NCBI GenBank assembly: GCA_964573805.1
Contig: CAZNKP010000016.1
Location: 80,406-144,405 of the forward strand
Reading direction: 5' to 3'
Source of the DNA: an uncultured Desulfobacterales bacterium
GTDB taxonomy: Bacteria > Desulfobacterota > Dissulfuribacteria > Dissulfuribacterales > QOAL01
DNA: 64,000 bases
Positions within the stretch are counted from its first letter, which is position 1; each line of letters starts with the position of its first letter. This document shows positions 1 to 9,391 of this stretch, in pieces. Below the pieces are notes generated by a model, which was not told the origin of the DNA, searched no databases, and was given only the letters and a program-made list of their open reading frames with translations. A program made the translations under genes and the position numbers.

Positions 1-894
1 TCCATTTTGCAAAAATTTTGCTAAATCAATCAGTTGAGTTCCTGTTTTGAATACAGTTTTGTTTTCTTCTTTGAGTTCATTGCTAAATTTCAAAAACAGG
101 GTTGTAATTTTTTGAAGTATCAATTGTCCTTTGTTGTTTCGGAGGGCTTGAATGGAGCCTTGCAACTTTTCTGCTTCTTTTCCCTTATTTAAAAGATTGA
201 GCCGTTCTATTTCTATACGGATGACTTGGATATGGGAATCTATCTTGTTTATTGCTTCATCCAATTTTGTCAAATTGGTATCTATTTCTGTGGCATCAAA
301 TTTTATATTTGGCAAAGAATCAACAAAGGCCTTTGGAAGATTTTCGATTGTCTTTGTCAGTATATTGAGACGATGCTGAAATAGGTCTTGTTCCTTTTTG
401 TAAAAGGCGTACTGAAGCTGTAATGTAAGCAATGAAGGGGCATTTGGGGGTAGGTCCGCTATCTGATCTTTTAATATTTTAAGTTTATTAAGCGTCTCTT
501 CCGCCTTGTCTTGGACTTTTGCTCGCTCCTGTGACCAGTTGATAAACTCCTGAAACAAGTTTCTGTATTGATCCGGATTGGATGGGGGCGTTACTTTGAT
601 CTCAGTTTCTGGCCTTTGGGTTGTAAAGTATATCAGTTTCTGGATGAGGGCCTTTTGAAGCAGAAGGTCTTCTTTGGAGATATTTGATGAAGCAATCCGG
701 GAAAGAAGCTTCTGATAGTAGTCTGGATTTCCTTTGATAAGGGCCTCATCGATCGATGCGGCATACACAGGTACCAAAGAAGGATATAGCTTAGGGGCCA
801 ACAGGAACAGCTCAACTAAGAACCAGAGTGAAAAAACGGCCTTCGGCCATACGTATACGTATCTTTTTACAATTTGTATAATTGTTTTTATCAT
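1..894 (-). CDS. N-terminal part of a signal-anchored coiled-coil protein, open at the window start (possibly an MscK/MscM-like mechanosensitive channel N-terminus)
   Basis: Absent from the ORF track because it runs off base 1. My minus-strand translation from the ATG at 894-892 gives MIKTIIQIVKRYVYVWPKAVFSLWFLVELFLLAP, then about 260 aa of Q/K/L/E-rich helical sequence with no stop. The product guess is weak. Confidence 0.55.
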   Translation of the reverse strand, partial: MIKTIIQIVKRYVYVWPKAVFSLWFLVELFLLAPKLYPSLVPVYAASIDEALIKGNPDYYQKLLSRIASSNISKEDLLLQKALIQKLIYFTTQRPETEIKVTPPSNPDQYRNLFQEFINWSQERAKVQDKAEETLNKLKILKDQIADLPPNAPSLLTLQLQYAFYKKEQDLFQHRLNILTKTIENLPKAFVDSLPNIKFDATEIDTNLTKLDEAINKIDSHIQVIRIEIERLNLLNKGKEAEKLQGSIQALRNNKGQLILQKITTLFLKFSNELKEENKTVFKTGTQLIDLAKFLQNG

Positions 895-978
895 ATGCTC
901 TCAATTCCATATGCAAATATACTCAAGGTCAGGAACAAATACCATTTTTTTTATCGGTTTTTCCTGTTATATGAGCCT

Positions 979-2724
979 ATGAAGAGATTCTTTTGGGTGG
1001 TACTGTTTGGTTTGTGCCTTTTGCCAAACGTTTGCTTGCAGGCGGCAGGTGATGTCGTCCATGTAGAGGTTAAAGGGGTAGGAGGCAAGGCAAGGGAAAA
1101 TGTCTTAGCCCTGCTTGAGATATATAGAGAAAGAAATGAAGAGACATTAACCCCAGCCAGGATAGAGCTCCTTTTTAAAAAGGGTTATCAGGATATAAAA
1201 AAGGCATTGGAGCCTTTTGGTTATTTTTCTCCTCATATAGTTGGCAAGCTTACAAGAAAAAATGCCACTGAAGCTTGGTGTGTATTTTACAAGATAGATA
1301 AAGGCCCTCCTGCAACTATTGAACGGATAAATATAGAGATAGATGGCCCTGGGCGAGTTGAACTTTCCTCTCTTTCTTTTCCTATGAAAAAGGGTGAGAG
1401 GTTTAAACAGGAAAAATACGAAAAGTTCAAAAGAGAGCTTATAGATAAGGCTAAAGGCCTTGGTTATCTGGACGGATCTTTTACGATCCATCAGGTATTG
1501 GTAGACAAGGTTCATCATACAGTGGCTATTTCCCTGCATTTCCAGACTGGCCAAAGATACAAATTTGGAAAGCTCCATTTCAACAAGACCACTTTATCCG
1601 AGGATTTTTTGAAAAGGTATGCCAAATTTAGGCCCGGAGATCCATTTGATGCAGGAAAACTGGCAAAATTTCGCTCAAGACTTCTTGATTCTGATTACTT
1701 TCGAGATGTAACCATAGAATATTCAAAGGACAAGACCAATGTGGACAACATGGTTCCTCTTACAGTTACATGCCCTATGAAAAGAGCCAATGTATTCAGG
1801 CTGGGACTTGGCTATGTATCTGATATTGGTCCAAGAGTAAGTTTGGAGTGGCGCAGGAGATACTTGGGCTCCAAAGGACATCACCTCAAAACCAGATTTC
1901 GCTTTTCTCCAGATGAAACGTTGATGTCTGGAGAATATTTCATACCTCTTGGAAGACCATACAGTGACTATTTTTCCGTTAAGCCTTTTATAGAGCATTA
2001 TGACACTGACTCACGAAACGGATGGAAGTACAATGTTTCCCTTATGTATTCAAAAGTCATAAAGGGGGGCTGGCGCCAGAATGCTGGAATAAACTTTGGC
2101 TATGAAAACTATGAAACAGGAGGTGAAAAGAACGACAGTAAGGAGCTTATTCCCTTTATATCTTGGTATAAGTCTGAAGCGGACAATATCCTTTATGCCA
2201 CCAGGGGCTATTCTGTAAAATTTGGCCTAAGTGGCGAGATGGGGGGTCTTTTTGCAAACAAGTCATATCTCAGCTCATTATTAAATACAAAATTCATAAG
2301 GCGGTTTGCTACAGATTACCGTTTTATAACAAGGCTCGACCTTGGAGCCATTGCAACATCAGATGTGGAAGAAATTCCTTCTTCTTCACGTTTTTACGCT
2401 GGCGGTCAAAACAGTATAAGGGGTTTTTCCTTGGAAGAGCTTGGCCCAAAAAATCCAGAAACAGGAGAGGTTACAGGTGGCAGATATCTTGCTGTGTGCA
2501 GTGTTGAGCTGGAAAGACAAATCTACAAACTGTTAAGCGGCGCCATATTTGTGGATGCTGGCAACAGCTTTGATCCAGATTTTACAAACAAGATAGAAAT
2601 AGGTGCCGGGTTTGGGCTTCGGTTCAGGACTGTGCTTGGCCCTGTGAGATTAGACTTTGGTTTTGGGGTAAGCAGAAAGAGCATCCCTTTCAAGTTCTAT
2701 TTAAGTGTTGGACCTGACTTTTAG
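979..2724 (+). CDS. tamA: TamA-like outer membrane protein (BamA/Omp85 family, POTRA plus beta-barrel)
   Basis: ATG at 979 gives the signal peptide MKRFFWVVLFGLCLLPNVCLQAAG. The C-terminal barrel ends ...GFGLRFRTVLGPVRLDFGFG. A TamB-like gene follows directly. The TTG at 874 in the track is probably an upstream extension. Confidence 0.8.
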   Translation: MKRFFWVVLFGLCLLPNVCLQAAGDVVHVEVKGVGGKARENVLALLEIYRERNEETLTPARIELLFKKGYQDIKKALEPFGYFSPHIVGKLTRKNATEAWCVFYKIDKGPPATIERINIEIDGPGRVELSSLSFPMKKGERFKQEKYEKFKRELIDKAKGLGYLDGSFTIHQVLVDKVHHTVAISLHFQTGQRYKFGKLHFNKTTLSEDFLKRYAKFRPGDPFDAGKLAKFRSRLLDSDYFRDVTIEYSKDKTNVDNMVPLTVTCPMKRANVFRLGLGYVSDIGPRVSLEWRRRYLGSKGHHLKTRFRFSPDETLMSGEYFIPLGRPYSDYFSVKPFIEHYDTDSRNGWKYNVSLMYSKVIKGGWRQNAGINFGYENYETGGEKNDSKELIPFISWYKSEADNILYATRGYSVKFGLSGEMGGLFANKSYLSSLLNTKFIRRFATDYRFITRLDLGAIATSDVEEIPSSSRFYAGGQNSIRGFSLEELGPKNPETGEVTGGRYLAVCSVELERQIYKLLSGAIFVDAGNSFDPDFTNKIEIGAGFGLRFRTVLGPVRLDFGFGVSRKSIPFKFYLSVGPDF

Positions 2725-2728
2725 GATC

Positions 2729-5700
2729 ATGACGAAAAAAGCCTTATATTTTGCATTGGTTCTCTTTTCATCCCTTTGCATGTTTATCTATTTTACCAGT
2801 TTTACAACAAAAGGCCTTGTATTTTTCTTCGATTCAGCCAAAAGACTTACCGGAGGCTCCTTCTCTGCAAGTGGAATAAAGGGTTCCTTGGTTGGGGGTT
2901 TTTATGCAGATCGGCTTAACTGGGATGGAAAGGGGCTTTCCTTGGTAATACACCGTTTTTTTTGCCGTCCGGATTTTGGAGAGTTTTTCCAAGGGGTCCT
3001 AACCCTTTCACATCTTGATGCACAGAAGGTGGACATTAAGCTAAAACAAGAAAAAACCAGTGTAGGGAAAGAGAGATTTTCTGTAAAGGTTCCTTCATTG
3101 CCAATAGGTATAGACATCAAAAGCCTGTCGATTGGAATCCTAATGCTAAGGGCTAGCAACGGCGAGATATACGAGGCCAAGGGGCTGGAGCTGGCAGCAA
3201 GGTTTATAGGCAGGACCATTGATGTCAAAGGCCTTAATCTTTTTTTAACCCGGTACCAAACTGGTATCAGATTTAAGGGTCGTGCAAAGGGTGAAAATGG
3301 AAACACCAAGATGGAGTTGGCATGCAGCATAAAGAGGTTTTGGTCACAAAGGAAAAAGCTTCTTATAAATATTAAGGCAAAAGGTGACCTGGATCTTGTT
3401 GAGATAGAGGGCAATTCAACAGGAATTGCAGAGGCCGGCTTAAAAGGTGTCTTTCGGCATTTGCTAGATGCAGATCCAATAGATTGGCAGGCAAACCTCC
3501 AAATAAAAAGGCTTGATCCGTCCAAATTTAATGCGTCGATTCCAAAGGGAAATCTATGTGCAACTGTTAACATGTCTGGAGTATCTGGTAACTTTAAGGC
3601 AAGGGCCAAAGGCGGTTTTGCTTCAAAAAAGTTCACTATCAGGGCCTTTGACCTTGCGGCAAGGTTTGAAGACAAGGCCGTTTTTATAGAAAAGGGAAGG
3701 ATAGACACACTGGGTGGCACTATAGACCTTTTCGGACAGTTATTGCCCGACTCCCGTTTTGAGGCCTCGGCCCGGTTAAAAGATATCGATCTTGGCAAGG
3801 TGCTTGGCAATATACACGGAAACATTAATGGATTTGTGCATGGCCAGGGAAGCTTAAGGACAGATGAAGGTCTAATGGCACAGGTGACCTTCAAGGATTT
3901 TACTGGAGAGTTAAATTCCAGACCGATAAGACTAAGTGGAGATGTTTTTTTAAAGGGACAGCGCCTAGAGGTTAAGGATCTGTTTTTGGCATCTGCAAAG
4001 AGCAAGATCTTTGTCACAGGTTTTGCAGACAAAAAGGCTCAAGACCTTGACCTCACCTTTGTCAGCCCTGATTTGTCCGACATTTATCCAAGTGCCTTGG
4101 GCAAACTCTCTTTTAAGGCGGGTATCAGTGGAACCAGACAGGCCCCACAGGTCCATGCACAACTAGATGGAAGCCGCCTTTTGGTGGGTGATGTTTCCGT
4201 TGAGGATTTGCGTATTGCCTTTGATTCAAAGGATATTTTTTCATCTGACCTGAATGCAGGCCTGTTGGCATCTGGTCTAAGGCTTGGGCCGGTACGTTTT
4301 GAAAATGTTAGAGGCAAATTAAGGGGATTGATGGAGAAGCACCTCATTAAACTTCGTGCCTGGGGTGAAGAGATTGATGCAGCCCTTAATATGCAGGGAA
4401 GTTTAAAGAGGAATCTTAGCTACTTGGGGGTAGTTGAGTCACTGTATATCAAACCCAATGGAAAAAGTAGTTTCAAACTGTCTAGACCTGCAAAGTTTGC
4501 CATTCGAAAAGAAACGGCATTTTTGTCTACATTGTGTCTTGTTGAACCTGCACAGAAAGCAAAGCTGTGTACAAGATATCAGAAGGATAGGGAGTATGAA
4601 TCTATCTATTTGCATGGGAAAAATCTGCCCCTTTCTCCCATTTCAGCCTTGGCAGCGTTTAATGTGGGAGTCAGCGGACACTTGGACTTACAAGTTGATC
4701 TTAGGGGCGTAAAAGGAGGCGTGCAGGGTACCGCCTATGTAGGTACTCAGGATGCTAGATTTTTCCCTAAGGGAAAAAAACAAGGCTACCCTTTCACCCT
4801 CTCTGCCCAGGCCCAAATATCTCAACATGGAATATCAGGAAAGCTCAACGGACAAATTCTTAAAAAGGTCAGCCTGTTTGGTGATTTCTCCTTGCCACAA
4901 AGGGGACCTGACAGTGCAGGCCTGGGCAAGAATCCTTTAAAGATAGATATGAAGTTGATGGCAGATGATCTTTCGCTTCTTCATGATATGGTACCAGGCC
5001 TGTTTGTTTATAACGGGAGGGCCTTGGCGCAGTTTATGGTTACAGGCACTCTAGATAGTCCTCTGTTTTATGGAAAGGCCAGGTTTTTAGACATAAAAAT
5101 GGAATATCCAGAATATGGGATAAAGATTCTGTCCAAAGAGTCTGTCATAAATGTTGAAAGAGACAGGTTGTGCCTTAGGGGGGAGCTTGATTCTCCTAAG
5201 GGGGTGCTTCGCATAAAAGGCAGCGGTAAAATAGCACCTCCGCAGGTGTCCATGTCTATAGACATAAAAGGTAAGGAATATCACACTGTTTCTTTGCCGC
5301 ATCTTCAGCTTATCACTAGTCCTGATCTCAAGGTTGAGCTGAAGAACGGCAAGTTGTGTATTTCTGGAACACTCGATGTCCCCTCTGCCAGCATAGAGCA
5401 GGTTGAAATTCCTGAATCGGCCATCTTGCCTTCAAGCGATATAAAGGTAATAGGAGAAGGCGCCGCCAGAAAAAGCAAGACTGCCATAGATACCAGGATA
5501 GACCTGGACCTTCTCCTTGGTGATGACGTAAAAGTTAATGCATACGGCCTAAAGGGCAGAATAGCAGGAAGACTAAAGCTGTTTAGTGAATCTGATGGCA
5601 GACTCACTGCCAAAGGTATCCTTTTCATAAGAGAAGGCAGATATAGGGCCCTTGATGTTGATCTTGAAATAAAAAAAGGGAGGCTGAACTACTTTTTAGA

Positions 5701-6169
5701 CCCCATTGACAATCCGGGTATCGAAGTAGAAGCAGTAAGAAGGGTGGAGGAAGACCTTCTGGTAGGGTTCAGGATAAGCGGGACGTTGAAAAGGCCTGTT
5801 GTCGAACTGTTTTCGGATCCGCCACTGCCTGAGTCTGAGATAGTACGATACCTCCTTGGAGGCAAAAAGGGCAGGGGAGTGGCAAGAACCGATATAATAG
5901 CCGGGGGTGCAAACCTTATAATTTCCAGGTTAAGGCAGAAACTCGGGCTCCTGGATGAGCTCCAGGTTGAGACAGGCCAGGCCTCTGATGATATATCCCT
6001 TGTTGTTGGCACCTATCTTCGGCCTGATCTGTATCTCAAATTTATCAACGACTTTGATGACAAGGTTACAAGGCTGATTCTCCGCTACGATTATTCCAGG
6101 CATATTGAGATTGAAACAGAAACTGGAGAAAGTCCTTCGGCTGAGATCTTTTTTAAGATCGAACGATAG
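2729..6169 (+). CDS. tamB: TamB-like translocation and assembly module protein (DUF490 C-terminus)
   Basis: About 1146 aa with an N-terminal TM anchor (MTKKALYFALVLFSSLCMFIYF) and a long beta-rich body. The C-terminus (LVVGTYLRPDLYLKFINDF...RLILRYDYSRHIEIETETG) is typical of DUF490. It is paired with tamA. Confidence 0.8.
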   Translation: MTKKALYFALVLFSSLCMFIYFTSFTTKGLVFFFDSAKRLTGGSFSASGIKGSLVGGFYADRLNWDGKGLSLVIHRFFCRPDFGEFFQGVLTLSHLDAQKVDIKLKQEKTSVGKERFSVKVPSLPIGIDIKSLSIGILMLRASNGEIYEAKGLELAARFIGRTIDVKGLNLFLTRYQTGIRFKGRAKGENGNTKMELACSIKRFWSQRKKLLINIKAKGDLDLVEIEGNSTGIAEAGLKGVFRHLLDADPIDWQANLQIKRLDPSKFNASIPKGNLCATVNMSGVSGNFKARAKGGFASKKFTIRAFDLAARFEDKAVFIEKGRIDTLGGTIDLFGQLLPDSRFEASARLKDIDLGKVLGNIHGNINGFVHGQGSLRTDEGLMAQVTFKDFTGELNSRPIRLSGDVFLKGQRLEVKDLFLASAKSKIFVTGFADKKAQDLDLTFVSPDLSDIYPSALGKLSFKAGISGTRQAPQVHAQLDGSRLLVGDVSVEDLRIAFDSKDIFSSDLNAGLLASGLRLGPVRFENVRGKLRGLMEKHLIKLRAWGEEIDAALNMQGSLKRNLSYLGVVESLYIKPNGKSSFKLSRPAKFAIRKETAFLSTLCLVEPAQKAKLCTRYQKDREYESIYLHGKNLPLSPISALAAFNVGVSGHLDLQVDLRGVKGGVQGTAYVGTQDARFFPKGKKQGYPFTLSAQAQISQHGISGKLNGQILKKVSLFGDFSLPQRGPDSAGLGKNPLKIDMKLMADDLSLLHDMVPGLFVYNGRALAQFMVTGTLDSPLFYGKARFLDIKMEYPEYGIKILSKESVINVERDRLCLRGELDSPKGVLRIKGSGKIAPPQVSMSIDIKGKEYHTVSLPHLQLITSPDLKVELKNGKLCISGTLDVPSASIEQVEIPESAILPSSDIKVIGEGAARKSKTAIDTRIDLDLLLGDDVKVNAYGLKGRIAGRLKLFSESDGRLTAKGILFIREGRYRALDVDLEIKKGRLNYFLDPIDNPGIEVEAVRRVEEDLLVGFRISGTLKRPVVELFSDPPLPESEIVRYLLGGKKGRGVARTDIIAGGANLIISRLRQKLGLLDELQVETGQASDDISLVVGTYLRPDLYLKFINDFDDKVTRLILRYDYSRHIEIETETGESPSAEIFFKIER

Positions 6170-6178
6170 AAAGAGAGC

Positions 6179-7657
6179 CTACCTTTTCCACCAGCGTAGC
6201 TTGGGCATCCTTGTCATTTTCCAAAACTCGGGTGTGAAAAAGATAATCACCGTATAGAGTTCAAGTCTGCCTGCCAGCATGCAAAATATAAGCACCAGCT
6301 TTGCCATCGAAGGCAGGTGGCCAAAATTTTGGGTTGGCCCCACTAGATGAAGGCCAGGTCCTATGTTGTTCAGGGTCGCGATTACCGCAGTTGGCCCTGT
6401 TACTATATCAACTCCAAGTGCAGTAACAATAAGGCTTGCCCCTAAAAATACGCATATATAAATGGCAAAAAAACTCAAGATTCCAATCATTACATCTTGA
6501 GGGACCTTCATGTTGCCAATCTTTATAGTATCAACCTGTTTGGGATGAACCAATCTTTTTAGCTGGCTTCTTGCATATCTAAAAAATAGCAGACACCGGA
6601 TGACCTTTACGCCTCCTCCAGTAGAACCTGCACATCCGCCAATAAACATAAGTGTCACAAGAAGCATCTTTGCGAAAGGAGGCCAAGTGTCAAAATCGGC
6701 AGTGCCAAAGCCTGTAGTTGTCATGATGGAGACCACCTGAAACAGGCTGTCTCTCAAGTTCATTAGATTGTTGTGATAGATGGCAGCCCCAGCGTTTACC
6801 AAAAATATTGCTACTACACTTATGGCTACTATAAGGGTATAGAGTCTGAATTCTTCGTCTTGCCAGTAGGCCTTTATATTTCCCTTCAGGGCCCTGAAAT
6901 GAAGAGAAAAGTTTGCTCCAGCCAAAAACATAAAAAGAATAATTACCAGGTGCAGGTATGAGGATTGAAAGTGGGCAATAGAAGTATTGTAGGTGGAAAA
7001 TCCGCCTGTTGCCAATGTTGCAAAGGAGTGGGTAAGGGCATCAAAAAAGTTTACTCCTCCAATCATGAGCAAAAAGGTTTCGGCAACTGTCATTAGCAGA
7101 TATACAGACCAAAGTATTCTAGCAGTATCCTGAATCCTGGGGGTTAGTCTGTCCTTGGTTGGCCCTGGAACCTCGGCTTGGAAGAGTTGCATGCCTCCAA
7201 TGCCAAGGAAGGGAAGAATGGCCAAGGTGAGCACGATTATCCCCATGCCTCCCAGCCAGTGGGTCATGGCACGCCAAAAAAGGATGCTTTTGGGGAGTAC
7301 CTCTATCTCTGACAGGATGGTCGACCCTGTTGTTGTAAATCCAGACATTGACTCAAAAAAGGCATCAACAAAGGAAGGAATCGATCCGGAAATGATATAG
7401 GGAAGTGCTCCAAGTAGTGCAATAATTAGCCAACTAAAGGCAGTGATTGCAAAGCCGTCTTTAAATCCAAGGTCCTTTTCTGGCAAGAAAAGCGCTATCA
7501 ATCCCGCTCCAAATAAGAGCCCTATTAATGAGCTTATTATAAAAGCGTGTATTACTCCATCATTAAAGTAAAGAGAAAATGGGACAGGCGTGAGAAGCAT
7601 TAAGGAAAGGACTATAAGAAGTCTTCCTAGCAGATTTAAAACACCAGATACCTTCAT
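6179..7657 (-). CDS. trkH: Trk-type potassium uptake protein TrkH
   Basis: 492-aa polytopic membrane protein with repeated selectivity-filter-like motifs (TTTGST, ATGGFST, TTTGFGT, GSTGGGVK). It lies directly downstream of trkA. Confidence 0.9.
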   Translation of the reverse strand: MKVSGVLNLLGRLLIVLSLMLLTPVPFSLYFNDGVIHAFIISSLIGLLFGAGLIALFLPEKDLGFKDGFAITAFSWLIIALLGALPYIISGSIPSFVDAFFESMSGFTTTGSTILSEIEVLPKSILFWRAMTHWLGGMGIIVLTLAILPFLGIGGMQLFQAEVPGPTKDRLTPRIQDTARILWSVYLLMTVAETFLLMIGGVNFFDALTHSFATLATGGFSTYNTSIAHFQSSYLHLVIILFMFLAGANFSLHFRALKGNIKAYWQDEEFRLYTLIVAISVVAIFLVNAGAAIYHNNLMNLRDSLFQVVSIMTTTGFGTADFDTWPPFAKMLLVTLMFIGGCAGSTGGGVKVIRCLLFFRYARSQLKRLVHPKQVDTIKIGNMKVPQDVMIGILSFFAIYICVFLGASLIVTALGVDIVTGPTAVIATLNNIGPGLHLVGPTQNFGHLPSMAKLVLIFCMLAGRLELYTVIIFFTPEFWKMTRMPKLRWWKR

Positions 7658-7717
7658 TTATTATTACCTTTGGCTGCCTTAACAGGTTTATGAGATAAGA
7701 TACCCAAATAATAAAAT

Positions 7718-9079
7718 TTAATCTTCCCTGGATTGGAAGAAGTTTTCAATCTTTTTGGCAGCGTCCTGGGTAAAAAAGATTACCAGATTGTCTCCTGGCC
7801 TTATGATGCTGTCGCCTGATGGGATGCTGGCCTTACCCTGTCTGACAATGGCTCCAACAATAGCCCCTTTAGGGATTTGCAACTCTTTAAGAGGCACATC
7901 ATTAAATTTTTTAGAGTCTGGAACGGTAAGTTCTATTACTTCAGCATCGGAATCAAGAAGGGTGGCAACAGCGACTATGTTTGCCCTTCTAACATAACGG
8001 ATTATCATATCTGCTGCTACTTGGCGCGGGCTAAGGGTTACGTCTATGCCAAGCTTATCGAGCATTGGCAGAAAGTGGTGTCTTCCAACCTTTACAATGC
8101 ACCTTTTGGTGCCATAGTGTTTGGCCATCAAGGAGCTTAGGATATTTGTGGTGTCAGATTCTGTAACTGCAATTATAAGATCAGCATTGTCAATGCCTTC
8201 ATCCAAGAGCGAATGTATATCCATAGCGTCAACGTTTAATATCATGGAGTTAGAGAGATTTTCAGACAGGAATTCGCATCTGGCTTTGTCTGCTTCAACA
8301 ATCTTCAGTTCCATACGTATGGCCATATCCTCGATCTGTCTTGCTACAAGGTAGCCAATATCCCCACCTCCTATGATGAATACCCTCTCGGGCATCTTAC
8401 TGGAAAATCCAAAAAGTTCCTCAACCTTGGTCATGTCATCTCGCAAAAGCACCAGATATATCTTGTCTCCTGGTTCTATCTTGTCTTCACCCCTTGGAAT
8501 TATTGTCTTGCCCCCCCTTATGATGGCAGCCATTACATATTTTACATCATTTGCAAGAGAACCGATTTCATGGAGGCTTTTGCCTATAAAAGGATGGTCC
8601 TTACTTACTATGTAACCCAGCAAATACACCTGGCCTTCAGCAAATTCTGCAGTGTCAAAGGCCTCAGATACCTGTATAAGCTTAACGATCTCATCTGCCA
8701 TAGCCCAATTGGGACTTATAATCAGGTCTATTCCAAATATTTCCTTGTCCACCAATGAGTCAGAAAGCAGCAGGTCTTCACTTCTTACCCGTGCTATTCT
8801 GGTTTTGACCTGATATTTGCGAGACATGAAACAAGCAACAAGATTGACTTCGTCACTGTCTGTGACAGCAATAAAAAGATCGGTTTTGGATATACCAGCC
8901 TCTGCAAGCACTTTGGCAGAAGCACCACTTCCACAGAAGGTCTGGATGTTCAGCTCTCTTTCAAGGCTTTTGAGTTTTTCCTCGTTTCTATCAATCAAAA
9001 CGACTTCTTGACCTTCAAATGAAAATTTTTCACACAAATACTGTCCTACTTGACCAGCACCAACAATCATTATTCGCAC
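7718..9079 (-). CDS. trkA: Trk system NAD-binding regulatory protein TrkA (two RCK modules)
   Basis: Two Rossmann motifs (IMIVGAGQVG and VFIIGGGDIGYLVA), each followed by an RCK_C-like segment. GTG start at 9079 with AGGAG 10 nt upstream. ATG at 9070 is an alternative. Confidence 0.9.
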   Translation of the reverse strand: MRIMIVGAGQVGQYLCEKFSFEGQEVVLIDRNEEKLKSLERELNIQTFCGSGASAKVLAEAGISKTDLFIAVTDSDEVNLVACFMSRKYQVKTRIARVRSEDLLLSDSLVDKEIFGIDLIISPNWAMADEIVKLIQVSEAFDTAEFAEGQVYLLGYIVSKDHPFIGKSLHEIGSLANDVKYVMAAIIRGGKTIIPRGEDKIEPGDKIYLVLLRDDMTKVEELFGFSSKMPERVFIIGGGDIGYLVARQIEDMAIRMELKIVEADKARCEFLSENLSNSMILNVDAMDIHSLLDEGIDNADLIIAVTESDTTNILSSLMAKHYGTKRCIVKVGRHHFLPMLDKLGIDVTLSPRQVAADMIIRYVRRANIVAVATLLDSDAEVIELTVPDSKKFNDVPLKELQIPKGAIVGAIVRQGKASIPSGDSIIRPGDNLVIFFTQDAAKKIENFFQSRED

Positions 9080-9126
9080 GGGAAAGTAACTCCTGTCTAA
9101 TTAGAAATTTGAATCAGGCATCTGTT

Positions 9127-9155
9127 GATTATAGGCGCTAAAATAGGTAATTGCA
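9127..9155 (-). promoter_or_regulatory. Sigma70-like promoter for trkA-trkH
   Basis: The minus strand reads TTGCAA, 17 nt, TATAAT, about 45 nt upstream of the trkA start. Confidence 0.5.
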
Positions 9156-9391
9156 ATTTTTCTGCTTGTGAGAGAATGGCTTTGATCATTCTGGTCTTGC
9201 TAGCAGTTATTACAGGTTATCGGAATCCCCATGCGGATGAGGTGAAATTTTTAGATTTACTCAAAAGGCATTCTGTTTTTTTATAGAAGCCTATCATGTT
9301 TTATGATTGTTATTGTTTGTTCCTTAGCAGCCCTCCATCTTTCTGGCAAGGAACTGCTGACTACTCAAGGGAATCTGGTGTTGCAGCCAAA

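Noticed and set aside
874-978. The N-terminal extension of the tamA ORF from the TTG at 874. Similar track extensions occur at 2705, 18887, 32143, 53283 and 59417.
   Set aside because: The extensions encode non-conserved junk ahead of an internal ATG. That ATG begins a signal peptide or a canonical family N-terminus and has better RBS spacing.
2902-4032. A 376-aa minus-strand ORF inside tamB, and many similar 60-140-aa antisense ORFs throughout the track (e.g. 1147-1578, 10497-10976, 25831-26436, 60859-61251).
   Set aside because: They lie entirely within well-supported genes on the other strand. They have low-complexity Ser/Pro/Leu/Arg-rich composition, no RBS, and no recognisable motifs. 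They are shadow ORFs.
9080-9391. A possible c-di-AMP (ydaO-type) riboswitch upstream of trkA, considered because such elements control potassium transporters.
   Set aside because: A near-consensus promoter sits only about 45 nt from the start codon, which leaves too short a leader. I could not find the conserved ydaO core motifs in either strand by eye.
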